Shown here piece after piece: positions 19,885 to 29,400 of a stretch of 64,000 bases of DNA. The notes under the pieces were generated by a model. It ran no database searches, was not told the origin of the DNA, and was given only the letters and a program-made list of their open reading frames with translations. This DNA comes from Flavobacterium sp. (GTDB taxonomy: Bacteria; Bacteroidota; Bacteroidia; Flavobacteriales; Flavobacteriaceae). The first letter of the stretch is position 1. Every line of letters begins with the position of its first letter. The position numbers and the translations under genes are program-made. The stretch spans positions 1,982-65,981 of the forward strand of contig JBEDTP010000030.1 of assembly GCA_040119075.1 (NCBI GenBank). Reading direction: 5' to 3'.

Positions 19885-20005
19885 CACATAGAAACATAGA
19901 GTTTTATATAAAATAGTTAAGGTTTTATTAGTTTACATAGCTACTGTGTAAAAAGTATTTTCTAAAATTTCTAACAGAAACATAGTTAAACTATGTGCCT
20001 ATGTG
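19885..20005. repeat. MITE/REPIN-like nested palindromic element
   Basis: Terminal IR CACATAGAAACATAG / CTATGTGCCTATGTG (13/15), internal palindrome at 19932-19952, further ACATAG arm at 19980. Confidence 0.6.
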
Positions 20006-20049
20006 TTTAAAAATAATTTATAAAATCTGTATTTTATACAACAAGTTTA

Positions 20050-20721
20050 ATGGGTAAATTATATTTAGTTCCAACACCAATTGGTAATCTTGAAGACATG
20101 ACTTTTAGAGCGATTCGCGTTTTAAAAGAAGTCGATTTAATTTTAGCAGAAGACACACGCACCAGCGGAAAATTGCTAAAGCATTTCGAAATTGCTACAC
20201 ACATGCACAGTCATCATATGCACAACGAACACAAAACCGTTGAAAATTTGGTAAAACGAATGCAGGCAGGCGAAACCATTGCGTTAATTAGCGATGCTGG
20301 AACTCCTGCGATTTCAGATCCTGGGTTTTTACTAACGCGTTCTTGTGTAGAAAACGGAGTTGAAGTAGAATGCTTACCTGGAGCTACGGCTTTTGTACCA
20401 GCTTTAGTAAATAGCGGTTTGCCCAACGATAAATTCGTTTTTGAAGGTTTTTTACCCGATAAAAAAGGGAGACAAACACGTTTTTTGGCTTTAGCAGAAG
20501 AAACAAGAACCATGATTTTTTACGTTTCACCACATAAGTTAAACAAAACCTTAGCCGAATATGTACAATATTTTGGCGCCGACAGACCTGTTTCTGTTTC
20601 TCGTGAATTATCAAAACTACACGAAGAAACCGTTCGCGGAACTGCGGAAGAAGTTTTAAAACACTTCGAAGCGAAACCTGCAAAAGGCGAAATTGTGGTT
20701 TGTGTTGGCGGGAAGAAATAA
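20050..20721 (+). CDS. rsmI: 16S rRNA (cytidine1402-2'-O)-methyltransferase
   Basis: LVPTPIGNLEDMTFRA, AEDTR, SDAGTPAISDPG, RELSKLHEE. Confidence 0.96.
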   Translation: MGKLYLVPTPIGNLEDMTFRAIRVLKEVDLILAEDTRTSGKLLKHFEIATHMHSHHMHNEHKTVENLVKRMQAGETIALISDAGTPAISDPGFLLTRSCVENGVEVECLPGATAFVPALVNSGLPNDKFVFEGFLPDKKGRQTRFLALAEETRTMIFYVSPHKLNKTLAEYVQYFGADRPVSVSRELSKLHEETVRGTAEEVLKHFEAKPAKGEIVVCVGGKK

Positions 20722-20726
20722 TTCTT

Positions 20727-21314
20727 ATGAATACTAAAACTGCACTTTTTCAAAGTAAAATTTTTGTGAAATATACTTTTAATGAAAAGCTGAATTTACA
20801 GAGTACTAAATACTTAATTTCAAGTATTGTTTTGTTTTTGATAGCAATATCTTTTTATTTAATTAATAGTTTGTTTTTTAAAAATGAGACTCTCTTTAAG
20901 TCTATAATTTCCATAGGAATTTTTGGTTTTGTACTTTTACTTATGAGTCAATTATTAATTAATTTTAATGAAGAGTTTGGTGCAGGTAAATTAGAGGATG
21001 ACTTTTTTATTACACATAACTATATTGAGATAGGTGAAGAAGTATTTTCTTTTAATAATTTATCAAATATAAAATATGTTGCAGCTGATTTTAAAGGAAA
21101 AGATCCTCATTTTCTAAGATATGATTTAGAATTCAATATTCTTTCTCGAAGATATGGTAAGGGCATTTTAAATTGGATTTCGTTCACTCACAATGGCGTG
21201 AATCATAAAAAATATTTTTATTTGGAAAGTAAAAAGCATTTACAAAGTTTTTACCAAGTAATGAATCTTCTAGCATCAGAAGGAATTAATATTAAAAAAG
21301 CATTAGAATATTAG
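20727..21314 (+). CDS. Hypothetical membrane protein (2 TM), very AT-rich
   Basis: ATG 20727 just after the rsmI stop; two hydrophobic segments then a soluble domain. Confidence 0.65.
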   Translation: MNTKTALFQSKIFVKYTFNEKLNLQSTKYLISSIVLFLIAISFYLINSLFFKNETLFKSIISIGIFGFVLLLMSQLLINFNEEFGAGKLEDDFFITHNYIEIGEEVFSFNNLSNIKYVAADFKGKDPHFLRYDLEFNILSRRYGKGILNWISFTHNGVNHKKYFYLESKKHLQSFYQVMNLLASEGINIKKALEY

Positions 21315-21324
21315 AATAAATATC

Positions 21325-21747
21325 ATGACAACACACAACGTAACTACAACTTGGAAAAAGAAAATGCAATTTGAATCGACCAATCCAAGTGGCGAAACAC
21401 TTTTAATCAACGCTGGAGAAGAAAACGGCGGAGAAGGAGCGGGTTTACGACCAAAAGCAATGATGTTGGCTTCTCTAGCGGGTTGTTCGGGTCTAGATGT
21501 GGCTTCTTTAATTGAAAAAATGAAGTTGGAAGTAGATGATTTCAAAATTGAAACCATTGCCAACTTAACCGAAGAACACCCAAAAGTGTATGATACTGTT
21601 ACTGTTGAATATCACTTTTATGGAGCTAATTTAAACGAGAAAAAACTACAACGCGCAGTTGATTTATCTGTGGATAAATATTGTGGTGTAATGGAAATGT
21701 TTAGAAAATTTGCAACAGTTGAGGTTAAAACTTTTTTTCATAAATAA
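21325..21747 (+). CDS. OsmC/YhfA family protein
   Basis: GLRPK..LASLAGCSGLDV, LSVDKYCGV. Confidence 0.9.
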   Translation: MTTHNVTTTWKKKMQFESTNPSGETLLINAGEENGGEGAGLRPKAMMLASLAGCSGLDVASLIEKMKLEVDDFKIETIANLTEEHPKVYDTVTVEYHFYGANLNEKKLQRAVDLSVDKYCGVMEMFRKFATVEVKTFFHK

Positions 21748-21751
21748 GACT

Positions 21752-21781
21752 TTGTCATTTCGACGTAAGGAGAAATCACAT
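21752..21781 (+). repeat. TGTC-tagged REP-like palindrome, left
   Basis: TGTCATTTC-N10-GAAATCACA stem with one mismatch. Confidence 0.85.
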
Positions 21782-21799
21782 AAAGTAAAAGCTTAAAAC

Positions 21800-22123
21800 A
21801 TGAATGAATTCAATCCTCAATTAGGCTTTCATTCTTATTATGTTTACATAATTACCAATAAATATAGATCTACTTTTTATATTGGTATGACAAATAATTT
21901 GAAACAAAGATTACAACAACATAAAGAAAATTTAGAACAAGGAAACAAAACATTTGCTTCAAAATATAATTTAGAGCTTTTAGTTTATTACGAGAAATTT
22001 GTTTGGGTTGAAGAAGCTATTGCAAGAGAAAAAGAGTTAAAAAAATGGAGAAGAGAAAAGAAATTGAATTTAATTAAGACTATGAATTCTGAATTTGAAT
22101 TTTTAAATCATCATTTTGAATAA
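21800..22123 (+). CDS. Stand-alone GIY-YIG nuclease (UPF0213-like)
   Basis: YYVYI...FYIGMTNNLKQRLQQH...LVYYE...AIAREKELKKWRREKK. Confidence 0.93.
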   Translation: MNEFNPQLGFHSYYVYIITNKYRSTFYIGMTNNLKQRLQQHKENLEQGNKTFASKYNLELLVYYEKFVWVEEAIAREKELKKWRREKKLNLIKTMNSEFEFLNHHFE

Positions 22124-22131
22124 ATTAGACA

Positions 22132-22161
22132 ATGTGATTTCTCCTAACGTCGAAATGACAA
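22132..22161 (-). repeat. TGTC-tagged REP-like palindrome, right
   Basis: ATGTGATTTCTCCTAACGTCGAAATGACAA, reverse complement of the left copy with one mismatch. Confidence 0.85.
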
Positions 22162-22178
22162 TAAAACAAATAAATAAA

Positions 22179-22520
22179 ATGACTATTTCAGAACTCATAA
22201 ATAAAGCAAAAAAATCTGAAACTATTAACTTTTCAGAAGTCCTAAATGCAATCGATAGTGCATTTGAATTTACTCCTGCAAAATTCAAAAATGGAGCAAT
22301 TATCAACGAAGCAAACTCAAATAATGGTTCTTGTAAATTGTTTTCATTTGCAAAACTACACCACTTAGATGTAACAGAGACTTTGTTTTTATTTGGCGAA
22401 CATTACCAAAAAGTTCTACAGACTCCAAATGAAGAAGACCATCAAAATATTCGAAATTTTATGAAGTTTGGTTGGGAAGGAATTCATTTTGAAGCAAATG
22501 CGCTTTCTGAGAAAAAATAA
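22179..22520 (+). CDS. HopJ-like family protein
   Basis: NEANSNNGSCKLFSFA, FGEHY..VL..P...HQNIRNFMKFGWEG; start placed at ATG 22179, outside the repeat. Confidence 0.85.
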   Translation: MTISELINKAKKSETINFSEVLNAIDSAFEFTPAKFKNGAIINEANSNNGSCKLFSFAKLHHLDVTETLFLFGEHYQKVLQTPNEEDHQNIRNFMKFGWEGIHFEANALSEKK

Positions 22521-22523
22521 TTA

Positions 22524-22531
22524 TACATTTG
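22524..22531 (+). promoter_or_regulatory. Bacteroidota -7 promoter box for recJ
   Basis: TACATTTG matches TAnnTTTG. Confidence 0.55.
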
Positions 22532-22595
22532 TATTTATATAAGCCAAAATAATTGAATTCTACATTCAGAATTCTAACTTCTAAATTTTTAAACT

Positions 22596-24296
22596 ATGCG
22601 TTGGAATTTAAAATCAAAGCCAGAAAAAACAAAAGTACAAGCCTTACAAAATGCACTTCAAGTCGATGAAATTATTGCGACTTTACTCGTTCAAAGAGGG
22701 ATTGAAACCTTCGAACAAGCCAAAACTTTTTTCCGTCCTACTTTAGACGATTTACACAATCCATACTTAATGAAAGATATGGATAAAGCGGTTGAACGTA
22801 TTGAAATTGCCATTGAAAACAATGAAAATGTCATGATTTTTGGCGATTATGATGTCGATGGAACAACTGCAGTTTCATTGGTTTCAAGTTATTTAAGAAC
22901 TTTTTACCCCAATGTAGCTACATATATTCCAGATCGTTATGCCGAAGGTTACGGAATTTCTTACAAAGGGATTGACTTTGCTGAAGACAACGGAATTACC
23001 TTAATTATTGCTTTAGATTGCGGGATAAAATCCATTGATCATGTAAATTATGCTGCAGAAAAAGACATTGATTTTATCATTTGTGACCATCACCGACCTG
23101 GGGATAAATTGCCAAATGCGGTTGCGGTTTTAGATCCAAAAAGAGAAGATTGTTCGTATCCATATGATGAATTATGCGGTTGTGGAGTTGGGTTCAAATT
23201 AATTCAAGCTTTAGGTCAAAATAGAAACCAAACAACGGAAGATTTTCTACCTTATTTAGACTTGGTTGCCACTGCAATTGCTGCAGATATTGTTCCCATG
23301 ACCGGAGAAAACAGAACATTAGCAAAATTTGGAATGGACGTAATTAATTCTAATCCACGTCCGGGAATTTCAGCGTTGTTGCAATCTATAAAAAAGAAAG
23401 AAATTACCATAACCGACGTTGTTTTTACTGTTGCACCTCGTATAAATGCAGCCGGAAGAATTAAACATGGCGATTATGCGGTACGTTTGTTAACCGAATT
23501 TAATTTGGCTCAAGCCGAAGAGTTTGCCAAAGAAATTGAAGATAATAATAACGAGCGGAAAGGTTTAGATAAACAAATTACGAAAGAAGCTTTATCTCAA
23601 ATTATCGATTCAAATGAAGAAAAAAGATTTTCTACTGTTGTGTATCAAGAAAATTGGCACAAAGGAGTAATTGGTATTGTGGCTTCCAGATTGATAGAAA
23701 CCTATTACAGACCAACAATTGTTTTTACAAAAAGCGGCGATAAATTGGCCGCTTCTGCACGTTCGGTAAAAGATTTTGATGTGTATAATGCGTTGGAAGC
23801 ATGTGCAGAACATTTAGAACAATTTGGTGGACATATGTATGCAGCCGGAATGACTTTGAAGGAAGAAAACTATGAAAAATTCAAAAAGGCATTCGAAAAA
23901 ACAGTTCAAGAAACTATTCATCCTGATTTGTTGATTCCAGAAGTAGAATACGATGCTGAAATTCGCTTAACAGAATTGAGCCCGAGATTAATGCGTGTTT
24001 TAAAACAATTTGAACCTTTTGGTCCTCAAAACATGACGCCTTTATTTTTGGTTAAAGAATTAACCGACTCTGGATATGCTAAAAATTTGGGTTCAGATGA
24101 TGAACATTTGAAGGCATTTGTAAAGCAAGATAATTCGGAAAGTTTTGGAGCTATTGGATTTAAAATTGGAGATAAATTACCAATTGTTAAAAATATGCAA
24201 AAGTTTGATGCCATCGTATCATTAGAGGAAAATGAATGGCGAGATGTTGTAACTTTGCAACTTCAATTACGCGATATCAAACCTTCAAATGATTAA
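22596..24296 (+). CDS. recJ: Single-stranded DNA exonuclease RecJ
   Basis: GDYDVDG, DCG, DHH, PRINAAGR, WHKGVIGIVASR, FGGHMYAAG, EPFGP. Confidence 0.97.
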   Translation: MRWNLKSKPEKTKVQALQNALQVDEIIATLLVQRGIETFEQAKTFFRPTLDDLHNPYLMKDMDKAVERIEIAIENNENVMIFGDYDVDGTTAVSLVSSYLRTFYPNVATYIPDRYAEGYGISYKGIDFAEDNGITLIIALDCGIKSIDHVNYAAEKDIDFIICDHHRPGDKLPNAVAVLDPKREDCSYPYDELCGCGVGFKLIQALGQNRNQTTEDFLPYLDLVATAIAADIVPMTGENRTLAKFGMDVINSNPRPGISALLQSIKKKEITITDVVFTVAPRINAAGRIKHGDYAVRLLTEFNLAQAEEFAKEIEDNNNERKGLDKQITKEALSQIIDSNEEKRFSTVVYQENWHKGVIGIVASRLIETYYRPTIVFTKSGDKLAASARSVKDFDVYNALEACAEHLEQFGGHMYAAGMTLKEENYEKFKKAFEKTVQETIHPDLLIPEVEYDAEIRLTELSPRLMRVLKQFEPFGPQNMTPLFLVKELTDSGYAKNLGSDDEHLKAFVKQDNSESFGAIGFKIGDKLPIVKNMQKFDAIVSLEENEWRDVVTLQLQLRDIKPSND

Positions 24297-25557
24297 AAAA
24301 GATCCTTACGCAGCATTACGTTTTAAAGAATTTCGTTTTTTCCTTTCTATGCGATTCGCACTTGTTTTTGCTTGGTCGATGCAGTTTGTAATAATTGAAT
24401 GGGAAGTCTATAGTTTAACTAAAAACCCACTTTCATTAGGAATTATTGGTTTAATGGAAATTATTCCGGCTGTTTCTATGGCTTTATTTGCAGGACATAT
24501 CGTTGACCAGAATGAAAAAAGAAGTCTGCTTATGAAATGCCTTTTAGGTTTTTCAATCATCAGTTTAGGACTTTTTTTAGTAACGGTTCCAAGTGTCGTT
24601 GAGTCACTTTCAACTTCATCAATTTTAGCAATTATTTATGCATTAGTTTTCTGTGGAGGATTGGTAAGAGCATTTATAGGACCAACAGTTTTTTCGCTTT
24701 TATCCTTAATTGTCCCAAAAAAAAATTATCCAAATGCCGCTACTTGGAGCAGCTCAACTTGGCAAATGGGTTCTATGTTCGGTCCCGCAATTGCTGGAGT
24801 TTCCATTGGAATAATTGGCGTACATTGGTCAATGTGTTTGGTTTTTGGATGTACTTTATTTGCCTTGCTTTGGTTGACCCAAATTTCTAAAAAACCTATT
24901 TTGAACCCGAAAATTGGCGAACCCATATTTCAAAGTTTGAAAGAAGGAGTGAAGTTTGTATTCAATAACAAAACTATTTTAGGAGCTATTTCTTTAGATA
25001 TGTTTGCAGTTTTATTTGGAGGAGCAGTTGCATTATTGCCCATTTTTGCACAAGACATCTTAAAAGTTGGGTCAGAAGGTTTTGGAATCTTAAGAGCTGC
25101 ACCAGCAGTAGGTTCTATCGTAACTATGTTAGCAGCAGCTTATTTTTCGTTGAATAAAAATGCGGGTGTAAAATTATTAACAGCAATATTTGTGTTTGGA
25201 CTTTGTATTATTGTTTTTGGTATTTCCGAAATATTTTGGATTTCTGTTGTAGCCTTATTTTTAAGTGGTGTTGCAGACGGTGTTTCAGTTGTGATTCGAA
25301 ATACCATATTGCAATTACATACCCCAGACAATATGCGCGGAAGAGTTTCTTCTGTAAATTCTATTTTTGTAGGTTCTTCAAATGAATTAGGTGCTTTTGA
25401 AAGTGGATTAACAGCAAAAATAATGGGAGTTGTACCAGCGGTTGTTTTTGGGGGATGCATGACCTTAGCTACCGTTTTTGGAACTGCAATAGTTTCGCCA
25501 TCATTCAGGAAATTAGATTTGGAAAAAGAAGTGGAAGAATTAGAAAATGAAAGCTAG
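24289..25557 (+). CDS. MFS transporter (EntS/MFS_3-like)
   Basis: About 12 TM helices; LDMFAVLFGGAVALLP, TPDNMRGRVSSVN. Confidence 0.9.
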   Translation: MIKKDPYAALRFKEFRFFLSMRFALVFAWSMQFVIIEWEVYSLTKNPLSLGIIGLMEIIPAVSMALFAGHIVDQNEKRSLLMKCLLGFSIISLGLFLVTVPSVVESLSTSSILAIIYALVFCGGLVRAFIGPTVFSLLSLIVPKKNYPNAATWSSSTWQMGSMFGPAIAGVSIGIIGVHWSMCLVFGCTLFALLWLTQISKKPILNPKIGEPIFQSLKEGVKFVFNNKTILGAISLDMFAVLFGGAVALLPIFAQDILKVGSEGFGILRAAPAVGSIVTMLAAAYFSLNKNAGVKLLTAIFVFGLCIIVFGISEIFWISVVALFLSGVADGVSVVIRNTILQLHTPDNMRGRVSSVNSIFVGSSNELGAFESGLTAKIMGVVPAVVFGGCMTLATVFGTAIVSPSFRKLDLEKEVEELENES

Positions 25558-26312
25558 TTCTTATATTCTTTTAATTCGAAAGTTTCTCCATCAAAAACAC
25601 CATAAGTAAAGTAACCAATCCAGTCACCTAAGTTTACATACTTAGAATTTTCTGAAACATCGATAATCATGGGTAAGTGACGGTGTCCAAAAACAAAATA
25701 ATCGTAGTGTTTGGTTTCTAATTTTCGTTTAGCATATTGTACTAACCATTCATTATCTTCTCCAAGAAATTTTACATCTTCTGCACCTGATATTAATTTG
25801 TTTTTTACTGATAAGTATTGCGCTAGCTTAACGCCAATATCTGGATGTAACCAACGGAATAGCCACTTAGAAAAAGAATTGGTAAACACTTTTTTCATGC
25901 GTTTGTAACCTTTGTCTCCGGGTCCTTTTCCGTCTCCATGTCCAATTAAAAAAGACTTTCCATTAAAAGTAAATTCTTCATTGTCATGATAAACAGGAAT
26001 GTTTAATTCTTTTTGAAAATAATCCTGCATCCATAGATCGTGATTTCCAACAAAGAAATAGATCGGAATACCTGAATCTCTAATTTCAGCTAATTTGCCT
26101 AAAACCCTTACAAAACCTTTAGGAACAACTGTTTTGTATTCAAACCAAAAATCAAATAAATCGCCAAGTAAAAAAACAGCATCTGCATCCTTTTTTACCT
26201 CATCTAACCATTGTACGAAACGTTGCTCTCTAGGAAAACTTAATTCGGGAGTTGGTGCCCCAAAATGTTGGTCGGAAGCAAAATATATTTTTAGTTTTTT
26301 ATCCAAAATCAA
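25554..26312 (-). CDS. lpxH: UDP-2,3-diacylglucosamine diphosphatase (LpxH-like metallophosphoesterase)
   Basis: SDQHFG, GDLFDFW, GNHD, HGDG, GHRH, NLGDW. Confidence 0.85.
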   Translation of the reverse strand: MILDKKLKIYFASDQHFGAPTPELSFPREQRFVQWLDEVKKDADAVFLLGDLFDFWFEYKTVVPKGFVRVLGKLAEIRDSGIPIYFFVGNHDLWMQDYFQKELNIPVYHDNEEFTFNGKSFLIGHGDGKGPGDKGYKRMKKVFTNSFSKWLFRWLHPDIGVKLAQYLSVKNKLISGAEDVKFLGEDNEWLVQYAKRKLETKHYDYFVFGHRHLPMIIDVSENSKYVNLGDWIGYFTYGVFDGETFELKEYKN

Positions 26313-26367
26313 AGAATATAATTAATAATGCAAATTTAGTGTTTTTTTATTATGTTAATTAACTCTT

Positions 26368-26432
26368 TTTATCGATGTTTTTGAGCACTTAATCGATACA
26401 TGCTTGTGTGGTAAAATTTATTCTTAATTTTG
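26368..26432 (+). promoter_or_regulatory. Promoter of adhesin operon: ATCGAT repeats at 21-bp period plus -7 box
   Basis: ATCGAT at 26371 and 26392; TAATTTTG at 26425-26432. Confidence 0.5.
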
Positions 26433-26466
26433 AAAATTAATCAAACCATAACATAAATTTTACATA

Positions 26467-29400
26467 ATGAAAAAATTATTACTTTTTTTCATGTCATTAT
26501 TCACTTTTTTAAGCTACGGACAGTTGTCTGAAGGTTTTGAAGGTGCGACATTTCCACCTACTGGCTGGACTACTTTTGACAATGGAATTGGTCTAACAAG
26601 AAGTTGGGCATCTACATCTACAGCTTCCCTTGTTTATGCAGGGACAAAAGCCGCGTATTTGGATAGAGAAAATGTAACCGATGGAACAATGGCAGAGGAT
26701 TGGATGGTTACATCACAAGTTACTGTGCCAACAAATGGTCAATTACGTTTTTATACTCGATTGACACAAGCTGGGAATCAAGGAAGTAGTTATACTATTA
26801 GGGTTTCTACTTTATCTCAAACTAATCCTGGTGATTTTACAACAATCCAAACTTGGACAGAAGATAATATTGTAACAACATACAATGTTTATGAGCAAAA
26901 AGTTTTATCGCTTACTGCTTATGCAGGACAGAATGTCTATATAGCATTCGTTATGGAAAATGATAATGGAGATAGATGGTTGGTTGATAACGTAAATGTA
27001 GATCAACAGTGTTTTGCACCCACAACTTTAACAGCTACACCTTTATCAACATCTGCAAATTTAGGCTGGACTTATACAGGACCGGCAACACAATTTGAAA
27101 TTGAATATGGGCCAATTGGTTTTGTACAAGGTACGGGGACTATTATTACACCCGTAACTAATCCTCATAACTTAACAGGATTAACTCCTTTGACGTCATA
27201 TACATACTATGTAAGAGCAATTTGTGCTACTGATAATTTAAGTCCGTGGTCTAGTGGAATGAACTTTACAACAACTGCTTCTCCGCCTGTTTGTGGTGGA
27301 AATTTTGTTGACAATGGAGGAGCTACTGGAAATTATACAAATAATGCAGATGTTACAGTTACAATTTTTCCAGTTAACCCTGGTGATAAAGTAACAGTAA
27401 CGTTTACATCTTTTGATACTGAAGCAACTTGGGATGCTTTATATGTTTTTAATGGGAACTCAATTGCAGCTCCTCAAATTGCAAGTGCAAACGGAGCAGG
27501 AAATGTTCCTGGAGGGTTAGCAGGTGGTTATTGGGGAACAGCTATTCCTGGACCATTCACTTCTACTGCCGCTGATGGTAGTTTGACATTTAGATTTAGA
27601 AGTGACGGCTCTGTAAACAGACCTGGATGGACTTCAAATATTACATGTGCACCGCCACCAACATGTCCTAGACCAACTGCATTAACAATGTCATCTGTTA
27701 CCGCTACAACTGCAAATGTTGGATGGACTGAAACTGGCACGGCAACTCAATGGGAAGTAATTTGGTTACCAGCTGGTTCACCAGCACCTACTGCAGGTTC
27801 TGTAGGAACAATTACAGGGTTAAATCCATTTACAATTACAGGTTTGTCTTCACAAACTTCTTATGATGTTTACGTTCGTGCAATTTGTACTCCAAGTACA
27901 GACATAAGCTTATGGTCGGTAAAAGCAACTTTTACAACTCAGCCTTATTATTGTGCTGGTGATAATTTTTATGACCAAGGTGGCCCTTCAGGGAATTATT
28001 TAAATAGTCAAAATATAACTACAACAATATGTCCTGATAATCCAGGGGATGTGGTAGTGGTACAATTTATAAGTTTTGCACTAGAAAATAATTTTGATTT
28101 TTTAAGAATTTATGATGGTGATAATACAGCTGCTCCACTTTTAGGAACATTTACAGGAACAGCATTGCCTCCACAATTTATATCTTCTGCTCCGAGCGGA
28201 TGTTTGACTTTTAATTTTACTTCTGACGGATCTGTAACTGCAGCAGGATGGAATGCAAATATTATTTGTTCTCCTCCACCTACATGTCCACAGCCTACAC
28301 TTCTTTCTGTAACTAATATTTCAGATACGGACGCTACTTTATCATGGACAGATACATATGTAGGTGTTTCAAACTGGCAAATTGTTGTTCAACCCGCAGG
28401 AACAGGTTATCCAACAGGTGCTTCAACAATTATTAATGCTACAACGAACCCTTTTACAGTAACTGGTTTAAATCCTAATACTGCATATGAATTTTATGTT
28501 CTATCTGACTGTGGCTCTACTGATGGTTTAAGTTTTTGGTCTGGACCAAGAGCTTTTAATACTTTATTTGCTGGATGTAGTGGTTCAGCACCTGCAGGGA
28601 ATGATTGTCCTACGGCTGCCCCAGTTTGTAATTTAGATGGTTACTGTGGTAATACATCTAGTGCATATACTGTAAACTCATGGCCAGAATTGAACACAGG
28701 GTTTTGTGGATCAATTGAGAATAATTCCTTTTTAACATTTCAAGCAACAGCTACTTCAATTACAATGGATGTAAACGTTGGAAACTGTACTAATGGTTCA
28801 GGAATTCAATTTTATGTTTTTACAGCCGCGACTTGTGGTAGTGGGCCAGTAACATCTATAAATTGTTTTTCTCCAATGAATCCAGGTGTAAATGGATTAT
28901 CTTTTACAGGATTAACTATTGGACAAACATATTATTTAATGATTGATGGTTATGCAGGAGCAGTATGTGATTATTCAGTTACTGTTACTTCTGGAGGTTC
29001 AACTACTACAGATGTTGTAATTTCACCTGTAGATCCTACTATATGTATAAATGAAACAGTAAATTTAACCGCAACAGGAGGTAATGGAATTTATAATTGG
29101 ACACCAAGTACAGGACTAAGTGCTACAACTGGTTCTACAGTTACATTCACACCTCCAGCTCCTGGAGTTTATACTGTAAATGTGCAATCAACAGATACAA
29201 ATTCACTTTGTGCAACTTCTGATTTTGTTGAAATAACAGTTTTAGACTTAATGGCACCAACATTTAATGCAATTGCTCCTTTTTGCGAAGGTACAACTGC
29301 ACCTACTTTGTCAAATACTTCAACGAATGGAATAACTGGAACATGGTCTCCAGCTGTAGTTGATAATATGAATTCAGGAGTGTATACTTTTACACCGGAT

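Larger units (their letters stand above)
21752..22161. mobile_element. Candidate 410-bp element: GIY-YIG nuclease gene between 30-bp inverted hairpin repeats
   Basis: TTGTCATTTCGACGTAAGGAGAAATCACAT (21752-21781) and its inverse (22132-22161), 29/30 identical; mobility is inferred. Confidence 0.65.

Noticed and set aside
22116-22178. N-terminal extension of the HopJ-like ORF in the ORF track
   Set aside because: It runs through the nuclease stop and the right repeat; ATG 22179 with an A-rich leader is the more plausible start.
22179-22520. HopJ as evidence of type III secretion
   Set aside because: The family is widespread in non-T3SS bacteria and no T3SS genes are present.
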